A stretch of DNA of 25,898 bases from an uncultured Oscillospiraceae bacterium (GTDB taxonomy: Bacteria; Bacillota; Clostridia; Oscillospirales; Acutalibacteraceae): positions 1 to 25,898 of the forward strand of contig CABQCM010000001.1 of assembly GCA_902462665.1 (NCBI GenBank), read 5' to 3'. The translations under genes were made by a program, and so were the position numbers. Of this stretch, positions 1-7,842 are shown piece by piece; the first letter of the stretch is position 1, and every line of letters starts with the position of its first letter. Below the pieces are notes generated by a model. The model made no database searches. It was given only the letters and a program-made list of their open reading frames with translations, and had not been told where the DNA came from.

Positions 1-2
1 GC

Positions 3-464
3 CGAGAGACCTTGCTCAAGGAAGCTCTGCTTCCCATCGGGGAGGACTACGACTATATTTTCATCGACTGCCCGCCATCGCTTGGCTTTTTGACCATCAA
101 CGCTTTGGTGGCAGCCGACACTCTGCTGGTGCCGGTGCAGTGTGAATATTACGCGCTGGAGGGACTTTCCCAGCTTATGATGAGCGTGCGGCAGGTCAAA
201 CGGCTGTACAATCCCCATCTGGATATGGAAGGGGTGCTTTTGACCATGTTTGACGGCCGCCTTAATTTGACCCAGCAGGTGGTGCAGGAAATTAAGCGGT
301 TTTTCCCCCGCAAGGTCTTTTCGACGACCATTCCGCGCACCGTGCGCTTGTCCGAAGCGCCGAGTTTTGGTCAGCCGGTGCTTTATTACGACCGGCGCAA
401 TAAGGGAACAGAGGCGTATCTGAGCCTGGCCCAGGAAATTATCAGGAATCACAGCGGGAGGTAA
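3..464 (+). CDS. soj: ParA/Soj family partitioning ATPase (5'-truncated by window edge)
   Basis: Motifs YDYIFIDCPPSLG (Walker B region), PVQCEYYALEG and IPRTVRLSEAPSFG; lies directly upstream of parB; the reading frame is open from the window start. Confidence 0.97.
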   Translation, partial: RETLLKEALLPIGEDYDYIFIDCPPSLGFLTINALVAADTLLVPVQCEYYALEGLSQLMMSVRQVKRLYNPHLDMEGVLLTMFDGRLNLTQQVVQEIKRFFPRKVFSTTIPRTVRLSEAPSFGQPVLYYDRRNKGTEAYLSLAQEIIRNHSGR

Positions 465-471
465 TCGGATT

Positions 472-1317
472 ATGGCAGCAAAAAAAGGAGGATTGGGGAA
501 AGGGCTGGAAGCGCTCTTTACCGAAAACGGAACGGACAGTGGGGAAATGGAGCTGCGCTTGTCCGAAATTGAACCAAACCGTACTCAGCCCCGTAAGGAA
601 TTTGAGGAATCGGCGTTGCAAGACTTGGCCGACAGTATCGCAAAACACGGTGTGCTTCAGCCCATCCTGGTGCGGCCGCTGCCGGCCGGGGGCTATCAGA
701 TTGTGGCGGGCGAGCGCCGCTGGCGGGCTTCCCGTCTGGCCGGGCTGGACAAGGTGCCGGTGGTTGTGCGGGATATGCCCGATTCCGAAGCGATGGAAAT
801 CGCCCTGATTGAAAACCTGCAGCGGGAAGACCTTAATCCGATGGAAGAGGCAGAGGGGTATCGGGTGCTGATGGAGCAGTTTTCCATGACGCAGGACGAA
901 GTAGCCTCCCGGCTTGGAAAGTCACGCCCCTTTATTGCCAACGCGGTGCGGCTGCTTGGTCTGCCCGCCCCCATTCAGGAGGAGGTGCGCGCCGGAAATC
1001 TGTCTGCCGGGCATGCGCGAACTCTGCTGGCCTTTGCCGATCCGGCCGAGCAGAAAAAGGCGGCCCGTCTGGCATTGGATGGAGCGACGGTGCGCCAGCT
1101 CGAGCGTATGGCGAAAACAGGCAAAGCCGATTTGCCCAAACCGCGCGCAAAGTCCCGCGACGTGTATTTTGACGAAGTGGAGCTGGCCTTGAGCCAGGCT
1201 CTGGGCAGCAAGGTGCGGGTAATACAAGGAAGCAAAAAGCACCTGCTGGAAATTGAGTTTTACTCCAAAGAGGAGCTTAGCCGTCTGGCCAACCGTTTGG
1301 CCGGGGAATCGGAATAG
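472..1317 (+). CDS. parB: ParB/Spo0J partition protein
   Basis: N-terminal GLGKGLEAL, QPRKEF, GVLQPILVR and IVAGERRWRA (CTPase arginine patch), ENLQREDLNPMEEA, and HTH region TQDEVASRLGKSR. GGGAGG Shine-Dalgarno lies upstream. Confidence 0.98.
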   Translation: MAAKKGGLGKGLEALFTENGTDSGEMELRLSEIEPNRTQPRKEFEESALQDLADSIAKHGVLQPILVRPLPAGGYQIVAGERRWRASRLAGLDKVPVVVRDMPDSEAMEIALIENLQREDLNPMEEAEGYRVLMEQFSMTQDEVASRLGKSRPFIANAVRLLGLPAPIQEEVRAGNLSAGHARTLLAFADPAEQKKAARLALDGATVRQLERMAKTGKADLPKPRAKSRDVYFDEVELALSQALGSKVRVIQGSKKHLLEIEFYSKEELSRLANRLAGESE

Positions 1318-1395
1318 AATAAAAAGCCCCGTCACGGCCCAAAAGCGGAGAGCCGACCGGGCGAGAGGGCTTACGCCAACCGTTGCCTGAGGAAA

Positions 1396-1411
1396 CGTTT
1401 CACGTGAAACA
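1396..1411. promoter_or_regulatory. parS centromere-like site (ParB loading site)
   Basis: CGTTTCACGTGAAACA is a 15/16 match to the palindrome TGTTTCACGTGAAACA and lies ~80 bp downstream of parB. Confidence 0.93.
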
Positions 1412-1542
1412 TTTTTGTCGGATTCCTTTGCAGGCAAGCAACAGTGAGGATGAAATAATATGTTGGATAGGAAAGCAAATCGAAACCGTTTCAAAGCAAT
1501 TCGCACGGCGCGCGACCGCAGCTGTGCCATTGGGTGAGCGCC

Positions 1543-2283
1543 ATGGCGTGGTTGGAGGAAAACGGCGCGATCTGCCGGGAAGAATACGAAGTAAAGACCT
1601 ACGACTGTACCCCACGCAGGACAATGAGCGTCACCGCCCTGCTGCGCTGGGCGGCCGAGCTGGCGGATGTGCATTTGGGGAAGTTTGACCTTTCGTATGA
1701 GCAGCTCAACCGCATGGGCATGGTGTTTCTGCTCACAGCGGTGGAGGTGCGCATTCAGCGTCTGCCCGCTATGCGGGAGAGGGGAACGATCTCTACCTGG
1801 CACCGGGGAACCGACCGGGTGCGGTTTCTGCGCGATACCGAGCTGTGCGACGCGCAGGGCAACCGTCTGGCAACCTGCGCCAGCGAATGGGTACTGGTCG
1901 ATCCCGAGAATCATAAAATCAAGCGGCCAAGCTGTTTTCCCGAGTTTGAGCGGGTGCCCATGCGCGATTGCGGCCCGTTGAGCGAGGTGCCGGCTTTGCG
2001 TCTGCCTGCCGACATGACCTTGGCGGGGGAGCGCCGGGTAAATTACGCCGACCTTGACTACAACGGGCATCTCAACAACACCAAGTATGCCGACATCCTT
2101 AGCGATTGGGTTCCCGGCGGATTGCAGGACGGGTATTTCACCCGGGTTCGCATTGACTTCCAAGGCGAAGCCAAGCAGGGGGAAGTGCTTCGTATCTCCA
2201 CGGCAGTGGATGGCGAACAGCGGTATGTCAGCGCCGTGCACGAGCGAGGTAAGTGTTTTTCCGCCGTGTGTGAGATTGAATAA
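1543..2283 (+). CDS. Acyl-ACP thioesterase (FatA-like, double hot-dog fold)
   Basis: Motifs YEVKTYDC, SEWVLVDPENHKIKR and YADLDYNGHLNNTKY. The start is uncertain (ATG 1543 or GTG 1534). Confidence 0.9.
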   Translation: MAWLEENGAICREEYEVKTYDCTPRRTMSVTALLRWAAELADVHLGKFDLSYEQLNRMGMVFLLTAVEVRIQRLPAMRERGTISTWHRGTDRVRFLRDTELCDAQGNRLATCASEWVLVDPENHKIKRPSCFPEFERVPMRDCGPLSEVPALRLPADMTLAGERRVNYADLDYNGHLNNTKYADILSDWVPGGLQDGYFTRVRIDFQGEAKQGEVLRISTAVDGEQRYVSAVHERGKCFSAVCEIE

Positions 2284-2350
2284 GGTCAGTATAGGGCAAG
2301 CAGATGGCAGCGGTGAGAATCGGGGGTACGGAGTATGAGCCGCTTTCAGT

Positions 2351-2615
2351 GAAACCATCCGGCTATAGCGCGCCGCAAGGCGGTAGTTTTGACTGCCGAT
2401 CGCGTTGCCGTTCCTGGAAAAGCGATATCTTTTTGTCTTTCGGCGCCTTGCGACTACCAAAGCGACACGGTCTTTGGGGCAAAGATTGTTTGCGCAGAGC
2501 TGGAATGTGCTAGGAAAGCGCGCGATACAGCCAGACGGCGCATGGCGAAGCAGCGTAATACCCCCGACGCTCCCAGGCTTTCGCGTAAAACGCATCGTAC
2601 CTGGATTGTTTCGCC
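2351..2615 (+). repeat. Dispersed ~265 bp structured intergenic element, copy 1
   Basis: Aligns along its whole length to the reverse complement of 23685-23950. Exact shared blocks include GCGTTGCCGTTCCTG (2402-2416), GGCGAAGCAG (2544-2553) and GCGTAAAACGCAT (2583-2595). Boundaries are approximate. Confidence 0.85.
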
Positions 2616-2634
2616 GATCCAAAAGTGAGAAAAT

Positions 2635-2650
2635 TGTTTCACGTGAAACG
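2635..2650. promoter_or_regulatory. parS site (second copy)
   Basis: TGTTTCACGTGAAACG is a 15/16 match to consensus and the exact reverse complement of the site at 1396-1411. Confidence 0.93.
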
Positions 2651-2778
2651 AGTCGAAATCCCGGAGCGGTTGGGTCTCTCCCTCCGTCCGGGCTATTTTG
2701 AGCAAACTGGCGGGGATTTGTTCGGAGTTTTCCGATTTCACAGCCGCCGAAGGCAAACCACAGAGAGGAAGCGTAACA

Positions 2779-4656
2779 TTGGACTATTTTGCAGGGGAGG
2801 CCGACGTGCTGGTCATCGGCGCGGGGCACGCGGGCATTGAGGCCGCCTTGGCCGCAGCGAGGCTGGGATGCCGCACGCTGGTATTTACCATTAATATGGA
2901 TTGGGTCGGCAATCTGCCCTGCAATCCCTCCATCGGCGGTACGGCCAAAGGACATCTGGTCTGTGAAATCGACGCGCTGGGCGGGGAGATGGGCCGCGCG
3001 GCCGACGCGGCCACCATTCAATCGCGCATGCTCAACCGGGGCAAGGGCCCTGCGGTGCATTCCCTGCGGGCCCAGATTGACCGGCGGGCCTACAGCGGCT
3101 ATATGAAGTACGCGCTGGAGCGGCAGGAAAATCTGCTGGTCAAGCAGGCGGAAGTGGTCGATTTGCAGCGGGATGGCGACGGCTGGCGGATACTTACCCA
3201 TCTGGGGGCAATTTATCGTGCCAAGACGGTCGTCATTGCCACCGGTACCTTTTTGGGTGGCCGGATTTACGTCGGGGAATGCTCCTTTGCCAGCGGCCCC
3301 GACGGCATGTTTGCCGCCACTCGCCTAGGAGAGGCAGTGCGCGCGCTTGGGCTGCCCATCCGCCGGTTCAAAACCGGCACTCCCGCCCGAGTTCTGCGGC
3401 GTTCCATCGAATTTTCTGCTCTGGAGGTGCAGCCGGGGGATGAGCCGGCCGTTCCTTTTTCCTTTGATACCCAGACGCCGCCCGAAAATAAAGTGGTTTG
3501 CCACATTAGCTGGACGAACGAGCGCACGAAGGAAATTATTTTAAACAATCTCGACCGTTCTCCCCTCTTTTCGGGCCGCATTGAAGGGGTCGGCCCCCGC
3601 TATTGCCCGAGCATTGAGGACAAGGTGGTGCGCTTCGCCGATAAGGAGCGGCATCAGCTTTTTCTGGAGCCGTGCGGGTTAGAGACCGATGAGATTTATC
3701 TGCAGGGTATGTCCTCCTCTCTGCCCGAGGATGTACAAATTGCCTTTTATCGCACCATTCCCGGTCTGGAGCGGGTGGAATTGACCCGCAACGCCTATGC
3801 CATTGAATACGACTGCGTCGATCCCCTGGCGCTCGACGGCTCGCTGGAGGCCAAGGATTTCCCAGGGCTTTACGGCGCGGGGCAGTTCAACGGCTCCTCC
3901 GGCTATGAGGAGGCGGCCGCCCAGGGGCTGATTGCCGGAATCAACGCCGCCCGCAGGGTGCAGGGCAAGGAGCCGTATGTCCCCTCTCGCGCTGATTCCT
4001 ACATCGGCACGCTCATCGACGATTTGGTGACCAAGGGCTGCTCCGATCCTTACCGTATGATGACCTCCCGCTCGGAATACCGGCTGGTTCTGCGGCAGGA
4101 TAACGCCGCCGAGCGGCTATTGCCGGTGGGATATGAGCTGGGGCTCAATTCCCGCAAACGGCTGGAGCGCCTTCAAGCGCAGCTCGAGGCCAAACGGGCC
4201 GAGCTAGAGCGGGTAAGCCGGTGCGTGCTCACCGGGGGAGAGCAGCTCAACCGGATTCTTACCGAGCGGGGAACCTCCCCCATAACGGGAGGCGCGCGCC
4301 TGAGCGAGCTGCTTCGCCGGCCGCAGCTCAGCTATGACGCGCTCGCGCCGGTGGATACCGGCCGTCCGGCTTCTCTGAGCCGCCGCACCATGGAGCAGGT
4401 TGAGACCGAGCTGAAATACGAGGGCTATATCGCCCGTCAGATGGCCCAAATCCGAGAGCTGCAGCGGCTAGAGAATCGCCGCCTGCCCGCAAATGTGGAC
4501 TATGCCTCCATCACCGGCCTGCGGCTGGAGGCGCGTGAAAAGCTGCAGCGGGTGGCTCCCCGCAGCATCGGCCAGGCCGGTCGCATTTCAGGGGTCAGCC
4601 CGGCCGACCTTTCGGTGCTGCTCATCTGGCTGGAAAAACAATCGCATGCGCAATAG
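2779..4656 (+). CDS. mnmG: tRNA uridine-5-carboxymethylaminomethyl(34) synthesis enzyme MnmG (GidA)
   Basis: Motifs VIGAGHAGIEAA (FAD binding), PCNPSIGG, KTGTPAR, GPRYCPSIEDK, AGQFNGSSGYEEAAAQG and PYRMMTSRSEYRL. The start was moved to TTG 2779, which follows a GAGGA SD. Confidence 0.98.
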   Translation: MDYFAGEADVLVIGAGHAGIEAALAAARLGCRTLVFTINMDWVGNLPCNPSIGGTAKGHLVCEIDALGGEMGRAADAATIQSRMLNRGKGPAVHSLRAQIDRRAYSGYMKYALERQENLLVKQAEVVDLQRDGDGWRILTHLGAIYRAKTVVIATGTFLGGRIYVGECSFASGPDGMFAATRLGEAVRALGLPIRRFKTGTPARVLRRSIEFSALEVQPGDEPAVPFSFDTQTPPENKVVCHISWTNERTKEIILNNLDRSPLFSGRIEGVGPRYCPSIEDKVVRFADKERHQLFLEPCGLETDEIYLQGMSSSLPEDVQIAFYRTIPGLERVELTRNAYAIEYDCVDPLALDGSLEAKDFPGLYGAGQFNGSSGYEEAAAQGLIAGINAARRVQGKEPYVPSRADSYIGTLIDDLVTKGCSDPYRMMTSRSEYRLVLRQDNAAERLLPVGYELGLNSRKRLERLQAQLEAKRAELERVSRCVLTGGEQLNRILTERGTSPITGGARLSELLRRPQLSYDALAPVDTGRPASLSRRTMEQVETELKYEGYIARQMAQIRELQRLENRRLPANVDYASITGLRLEAREKLQRVAPRSIGQAGRISGVSPADLSVLLIWLEKQSHAQ

Positions 4657-4911
4657 AAGGCTGGGAGAATGCCGGTTTTTTTCGGGAGGTTTCGCCCTTT
4701 CTGTGCGACGATTGCACCCTGTTTTCAGGAAGTCATCCAAAACACGCTGGTTTGGTCATTGCTGTGCTAAAAATACGGGGAATTTGATTGGATTCCTGCT
4801 CTTTGATCTTGCACTATGTCCAGTCATCACATTCTAGTCGCCACGCAGTGTTTTCAAATTGTTCCTTCTTTAGAGACGTTGCCTGAAGATGATATGTTGT
4901 ATGCTCTTTTC

Positions 4912-4938
4912 TCCCTCGGTCAAACCGGGGGATTTTTT
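4912..4938 (+). terminator. Intrinsic terminator
   Basis: TCCCTCGGT-caa-ACCGGGGGA stem followed by TTTTTT. Confidence 0.7.
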
Positions 4939-5027
4939 ATGCTGATACGCGCGGCCGAAAAGGTTTGACGATTTTGCATTGGAATTCTACAAAAACATAA
5001 AAAGTATGATGTTAGTAAATGAAAAAG

Positions 5028-5055
5028 TTGACATTTTCTGAATCTGGAATATAAT
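5028..5055 (+). promoter_or_regulatory. Sigma-A-type promoter of the subtilase operon
   Basis: TTGACA (5028-5033), 16 bp spacer, TATAAT (5050-5055), with an A-rich upstream tract. Confidence 0.85.
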
Positions 5056-5141
5056 AAAAACGAAATATGATTGAATAGAGAGGTGGTGAAGCGGTTTCAT
5101 TTTTGCGGTCTCAGAAAAAGGAAAAATAACAAGGAGGAAAA

Positions 5142-6974
5142 ATGAAAAGACGGTCAAAAGGAAGAGCCATTGTTTTGCTGCTCGTTTTAACCATTGGTAT
5201 TCCTCTGTTCCCAGCGAGCGCCGCGATTGAGGAGAACGCGGTGAATAAAATTGATTCGCAGTTGTGGAAGGCCATGGACGATTTGTCCGCAGGGGAAAAG
5301 CTCCCCGTCTATCTCTGGACACAGGATGTTGACCACGGGCAGATCGAGCGGCAGGTGGAAATCCGCAGCGGCTTGACCATTGATAACATTCAGCTGGATA
5401 CCAAAAAACAACTCGATATCGACGCCGTGGATCTTAGCTTCACCGAGACCAACGATTTGGTCAAGGCCAACGAGCAGATGGACGCTGCTTTGGAGAAAAC
5501 CGAAGCAATTCGGGAGCAAAAGCGCGTGCTGGCCGATACCTACATAGCCGAAAAGCGCAGGGCTTATACGGCGGAATATACCGCTTCCAATAAGAAGCAG
5601 CTGCAAGCTTTGAAGGTGCAGGACAGCGACATTCTTTTCCAAAGCCAATATTCCCCCATGGTGGTTGTCAACATGACTGCGGATGAAATTGATGCAGCCG
5701 CGCGCGCGAACTCGGTGGTTGCTCTGGGGCTGTGCAAAGAGGCGAAGGTTCAGGATTGTAGCATTGCTTCCTCCATGCAGACGGTGCATGCCGATCAATC
5801 GGTGACCATGCTCACCGGCAGCGGGGTCAAGATTGGGCAGATGGAAAGCGGGATACCAAACAATAAGGAGAGCGATCTGCGCGGTAAGGTAGTTACTGTT
5901 ACCACACAGTATGGCTCCGATGTATCTGTGACCAAGCACGCTACCCACGTTGCTAGAATTTTGCATTCCGTTGCGCCGGATGCTCAAATTTATTCGGTAG
6001 GAAATGGAGCAATGATTTCACCGGCCAAATTTTTTTATAATGTAGAAACCCTGCTGGATTTGGGCGTCAGCGTCATTAATATGAGCGCCGGATGGGAACG
6101 GCAAAAATACAGCGATAATGATGATTACTGGTACACCATTTATGAGCAATGGCTGGATCATGTCAGCGGCACACACGAGGTGACCTTTGTACAGGGGGCA
6201 GGCAATAACGGCATAGGAACTCCCGTGCTTCAGCCTGGTCTGGCGCACAACGTGATTACGGTTGGCGCTGTGGACGATGGAGAAACCGGCAGCGTACTCA
6301 CAGACGATTGTTTATACTCAGGTTCCTGTTCGGGCAATGGGGGCGATGACGGGTGCGCGAAACCCGATTTGTTGGCGCCGGGGACAAAAGGCTATGAGGA
6401 AAAAATATATTATCAGGGAACCAGCTATGCCGCGCCCATCGTGGCGGGCTTGGCGGCGCAAATGATGGAGTATGACAGCTCGCTCAAGGGGCGGGCGCGC
6501 CCGGTCAAGGCCATTTTGTCGGCCAGCTGCGACCGCAAGGTCGGCAACAAGAAGGGCGGCAGCGTGGAAACGATGGAGGAGGGCTTGACCGGCGAGCAGG
6601 GCGCCGGCGTGGTCAACGCAATGCGCATGTACGCCATCCTTTTGCAGGGAAATTACCTTTCGGGAAACTTATCCAGCAGGAGTTATACGGCTCAGATTTC
6701 TCTCAAAGGCCCCTGCAATGTATCGGCAGTCTGGCTGCGGGAAAATGGCGTGTCCAACCATACCAGCGGGGCAGTGTCCACCGCCGCTTATACCAACTGC
6801 GATTTGTACTTGTATTCCCCGAGCGGGCAGCAACTCGAATCGCAATTGCGCATGAGCTCTACGGAAATGATTTACCGCAACAGCCTTGCATATGGAACCT
6901 ATACCGTCCAGCTTTATAAAGAGAGCGGGGATGTGAACAAAACCATTTGGTTTGCCATTGCGTGGTTCGCTTAG
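5142..6974 (+). CDS. Secreted S8 family serine peptidase (subtilase) with long propeptide and C-terminal PPC-like domain
   Basis: Signal peptide (MKRRSKGRAIVLLLVLTIG...ASA), then GSGVKIGQMESG, HATHVA, QGAGN, NVITVGA, KPDLLAPG, GTSYAAPIVAG and GAGVVNA. C-terminal DLYLYSPSG...GTYTVQL. AAGGAGG SD. Confidence 0.92.
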   Translation: MKRRSKGRAIVLLLVLTIGIPLFPASAAIEENAVNKIDSQLWKAMDDLSAGEKLPVYLWTQDVDHGQIERQVEIRSGLTIDNIQLDTKKQLDIDAVDLSFTETNDLVKANEQMDAALEKTEAIREQKRVLADTYIAEKRRAYTAEYTASNKKQLQALKVQDSDILFQSQYSPMVVVNMTADEIDAAARANSVVALGLCKEAKVQDCSIASSMQTVHADQSVTMLTGSGVKIGQMESGIPNNKESDLRGKVVTVTTQYGSDVSVTKHATHVARILHSVAPDAQIYSVGNGAMISPAKFFYNVETLLDLGVSVINMSAGWERQKYSDNDDYWYTIYEQWLDHVSGTHEVTFVQGAGNNGIGTPVLQPGLAHNVITVGAVDDGETGSVLTDDCLYSGSCSGNGGDDGCAKPDLLAPGTKGYEEKIYYQGTSYAAPIVAGLAAQMMEYDSSLKGRARPVKAILSASCDRKVGNKKGGSVETMEEGLTGEQGAGVVNAMRMYAILLQGNYLSGNLSSRSYTAQISLKGPCNVSAVWLRENGVSNHTSGAVSTAAYTNCDLYLYSPSGQQLESQLRMSSTEMIYRNSLAYGTYTVQLYKESGDVNKTIWFAIAWFA

Positions 6975-7007
6975 ACGATACGTCATGTTTGGAAAGGAGC
7001 TGGTTGT

Positions 7008-7649
7008 ATGAATATCCTGAAAAAGCTGGTTCGCCCAGCGGCGATGGCAATGTCCCTCGTCTGTCTGGTTGCCGCGGTTGGCTGTCGAAGCCAGTCGGTT
7101 CCCTTTGCTCTGGGGGGCATTATCAATACCGGTGTGCCACAGTTCCTATTCTACGCCGGCAGTTCTTTCGACGATTTCTTTGCTGTCGTCATACAAAGCG
7201 TTGAGGAGCTGGAAGAGGCTTTTCCATATAACATTGAGGAAAGCCAGCTTGACCCCGAACCCTCCTTTTTCCCTGTGCGTTTGAAAGAAACCTACCGGCA
7301 AAAATACTCGGAGGAATTTTTTGAGGAGCACGCCCTTGTCGTGTGCGAAATGTTTCACCAAAGTAGCGATACTTACGATCAGGTCAATCGTCTGACCCGC
7401 TCGGAAGACAGTCTGACTGTCGAGTATACGACTATTACACCCGGGGTAATGTCACTCGATTGCGGCGGGCGGGTAATTTTCCTGGAGGTCAAGAAGGCGG
7501 ACGTGGAAGGAATTGCTGAAATTGTTCCTGAGCAGCATAAAAAGCCCTTGAAGGAATGGGAATCTTACGACGGCGGCGATTGGGAGAAATACGATTATTA
7601 CGATATCGATACTGGCAAATGGACGAGTTATACCAATCCTCCGTGGTGA
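7008..7649 (+). CDS. Lipoprotein, putative PrcB-like (protease complex subunit) domain
   Basis: Lipobox AVGC follows a hydrophobic stretch; GAAAGGAG SD. The segment YSEEFFEEHALVV...VNRLTRSEDSLTVEYTTITPG...VIFLEVKK resembles the PrcB C-terminal domain (judged by eye). Confidence 0.7.
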   Translation: MNILKKLVRPAAMAMSLVCLVAAVGCRSQSVPFALGGIINTGVPQFLFYAGSSFDDFFAVVIQSVEELEEAFPYNIEESQLDPEPSFFPVRLKETYRQKYSEEFFEEHALVVCEMFHQSSDTYDQVNRLTRSEDSLTVEYTTITPGVMSLDCGGRVIFLEVKKADVEGIAEIVPEQHKKPLKEWESYDGGDWEKYDYYDIDTGKWTSYTNPPW

Positions 7650-7677
7650 ACAAACGATTAAAATAGTAGCATAACGC

Positions 7678-7729
7678 AAACTCTCCGGCTGGGGTGCAGA
7701 AGCAACCGAATCCCAGCCGGAGAGTTTTT
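7678..7729. terminator. Probable bidirectional terminator between convergent operons
   Basis: Perfect 16 bp inverted repeat AAACTCTCCGGCTGGG (7678-7693) / CCCAGCCGGAGAGTTT (7712-7727) followed by T residues. Confidence 0.8.
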
Positions 7730-7842
7730 GGTTTTCTTTGAAAATCGGAAAAGGAATTCTTAATGACAACATATCGAGAATAACACGGGCGCGCACCCCT
7801 TCCCGCGGGGCGGCGATTTTGGCCGACTCCAACTAGAAAGGC

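Noticed and set aside
1321..1450. T-box-like GGAGAGCC...GCGAGAGGGCT segment after parB
   Set aside because: No T-box antiterminator consensus (GGTGG.ACC) or terminator follows, so a riboswitch cannot be supported.
2389..2701. Short ORFs in repeat copy 1 resembling ORF 23608-23895 (MPFL..R.LF.FRRLA)
   Set aside because: The similarity switches frames because of indels and there is no SD. It reflects the DNA repeat, not a conserved protein.
2698..2778. N-terminal extension of MnmG in the ORF track
   Set aside because: Homology and the SD point to TTG 2779.
922..3201. 759 aa minus-strand ORF
   Set aside because: It is antisense to parB, the thioesterase and mnmG and has no recognisable motifs. 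It is a typical shadow ORF of GC-rich genes.
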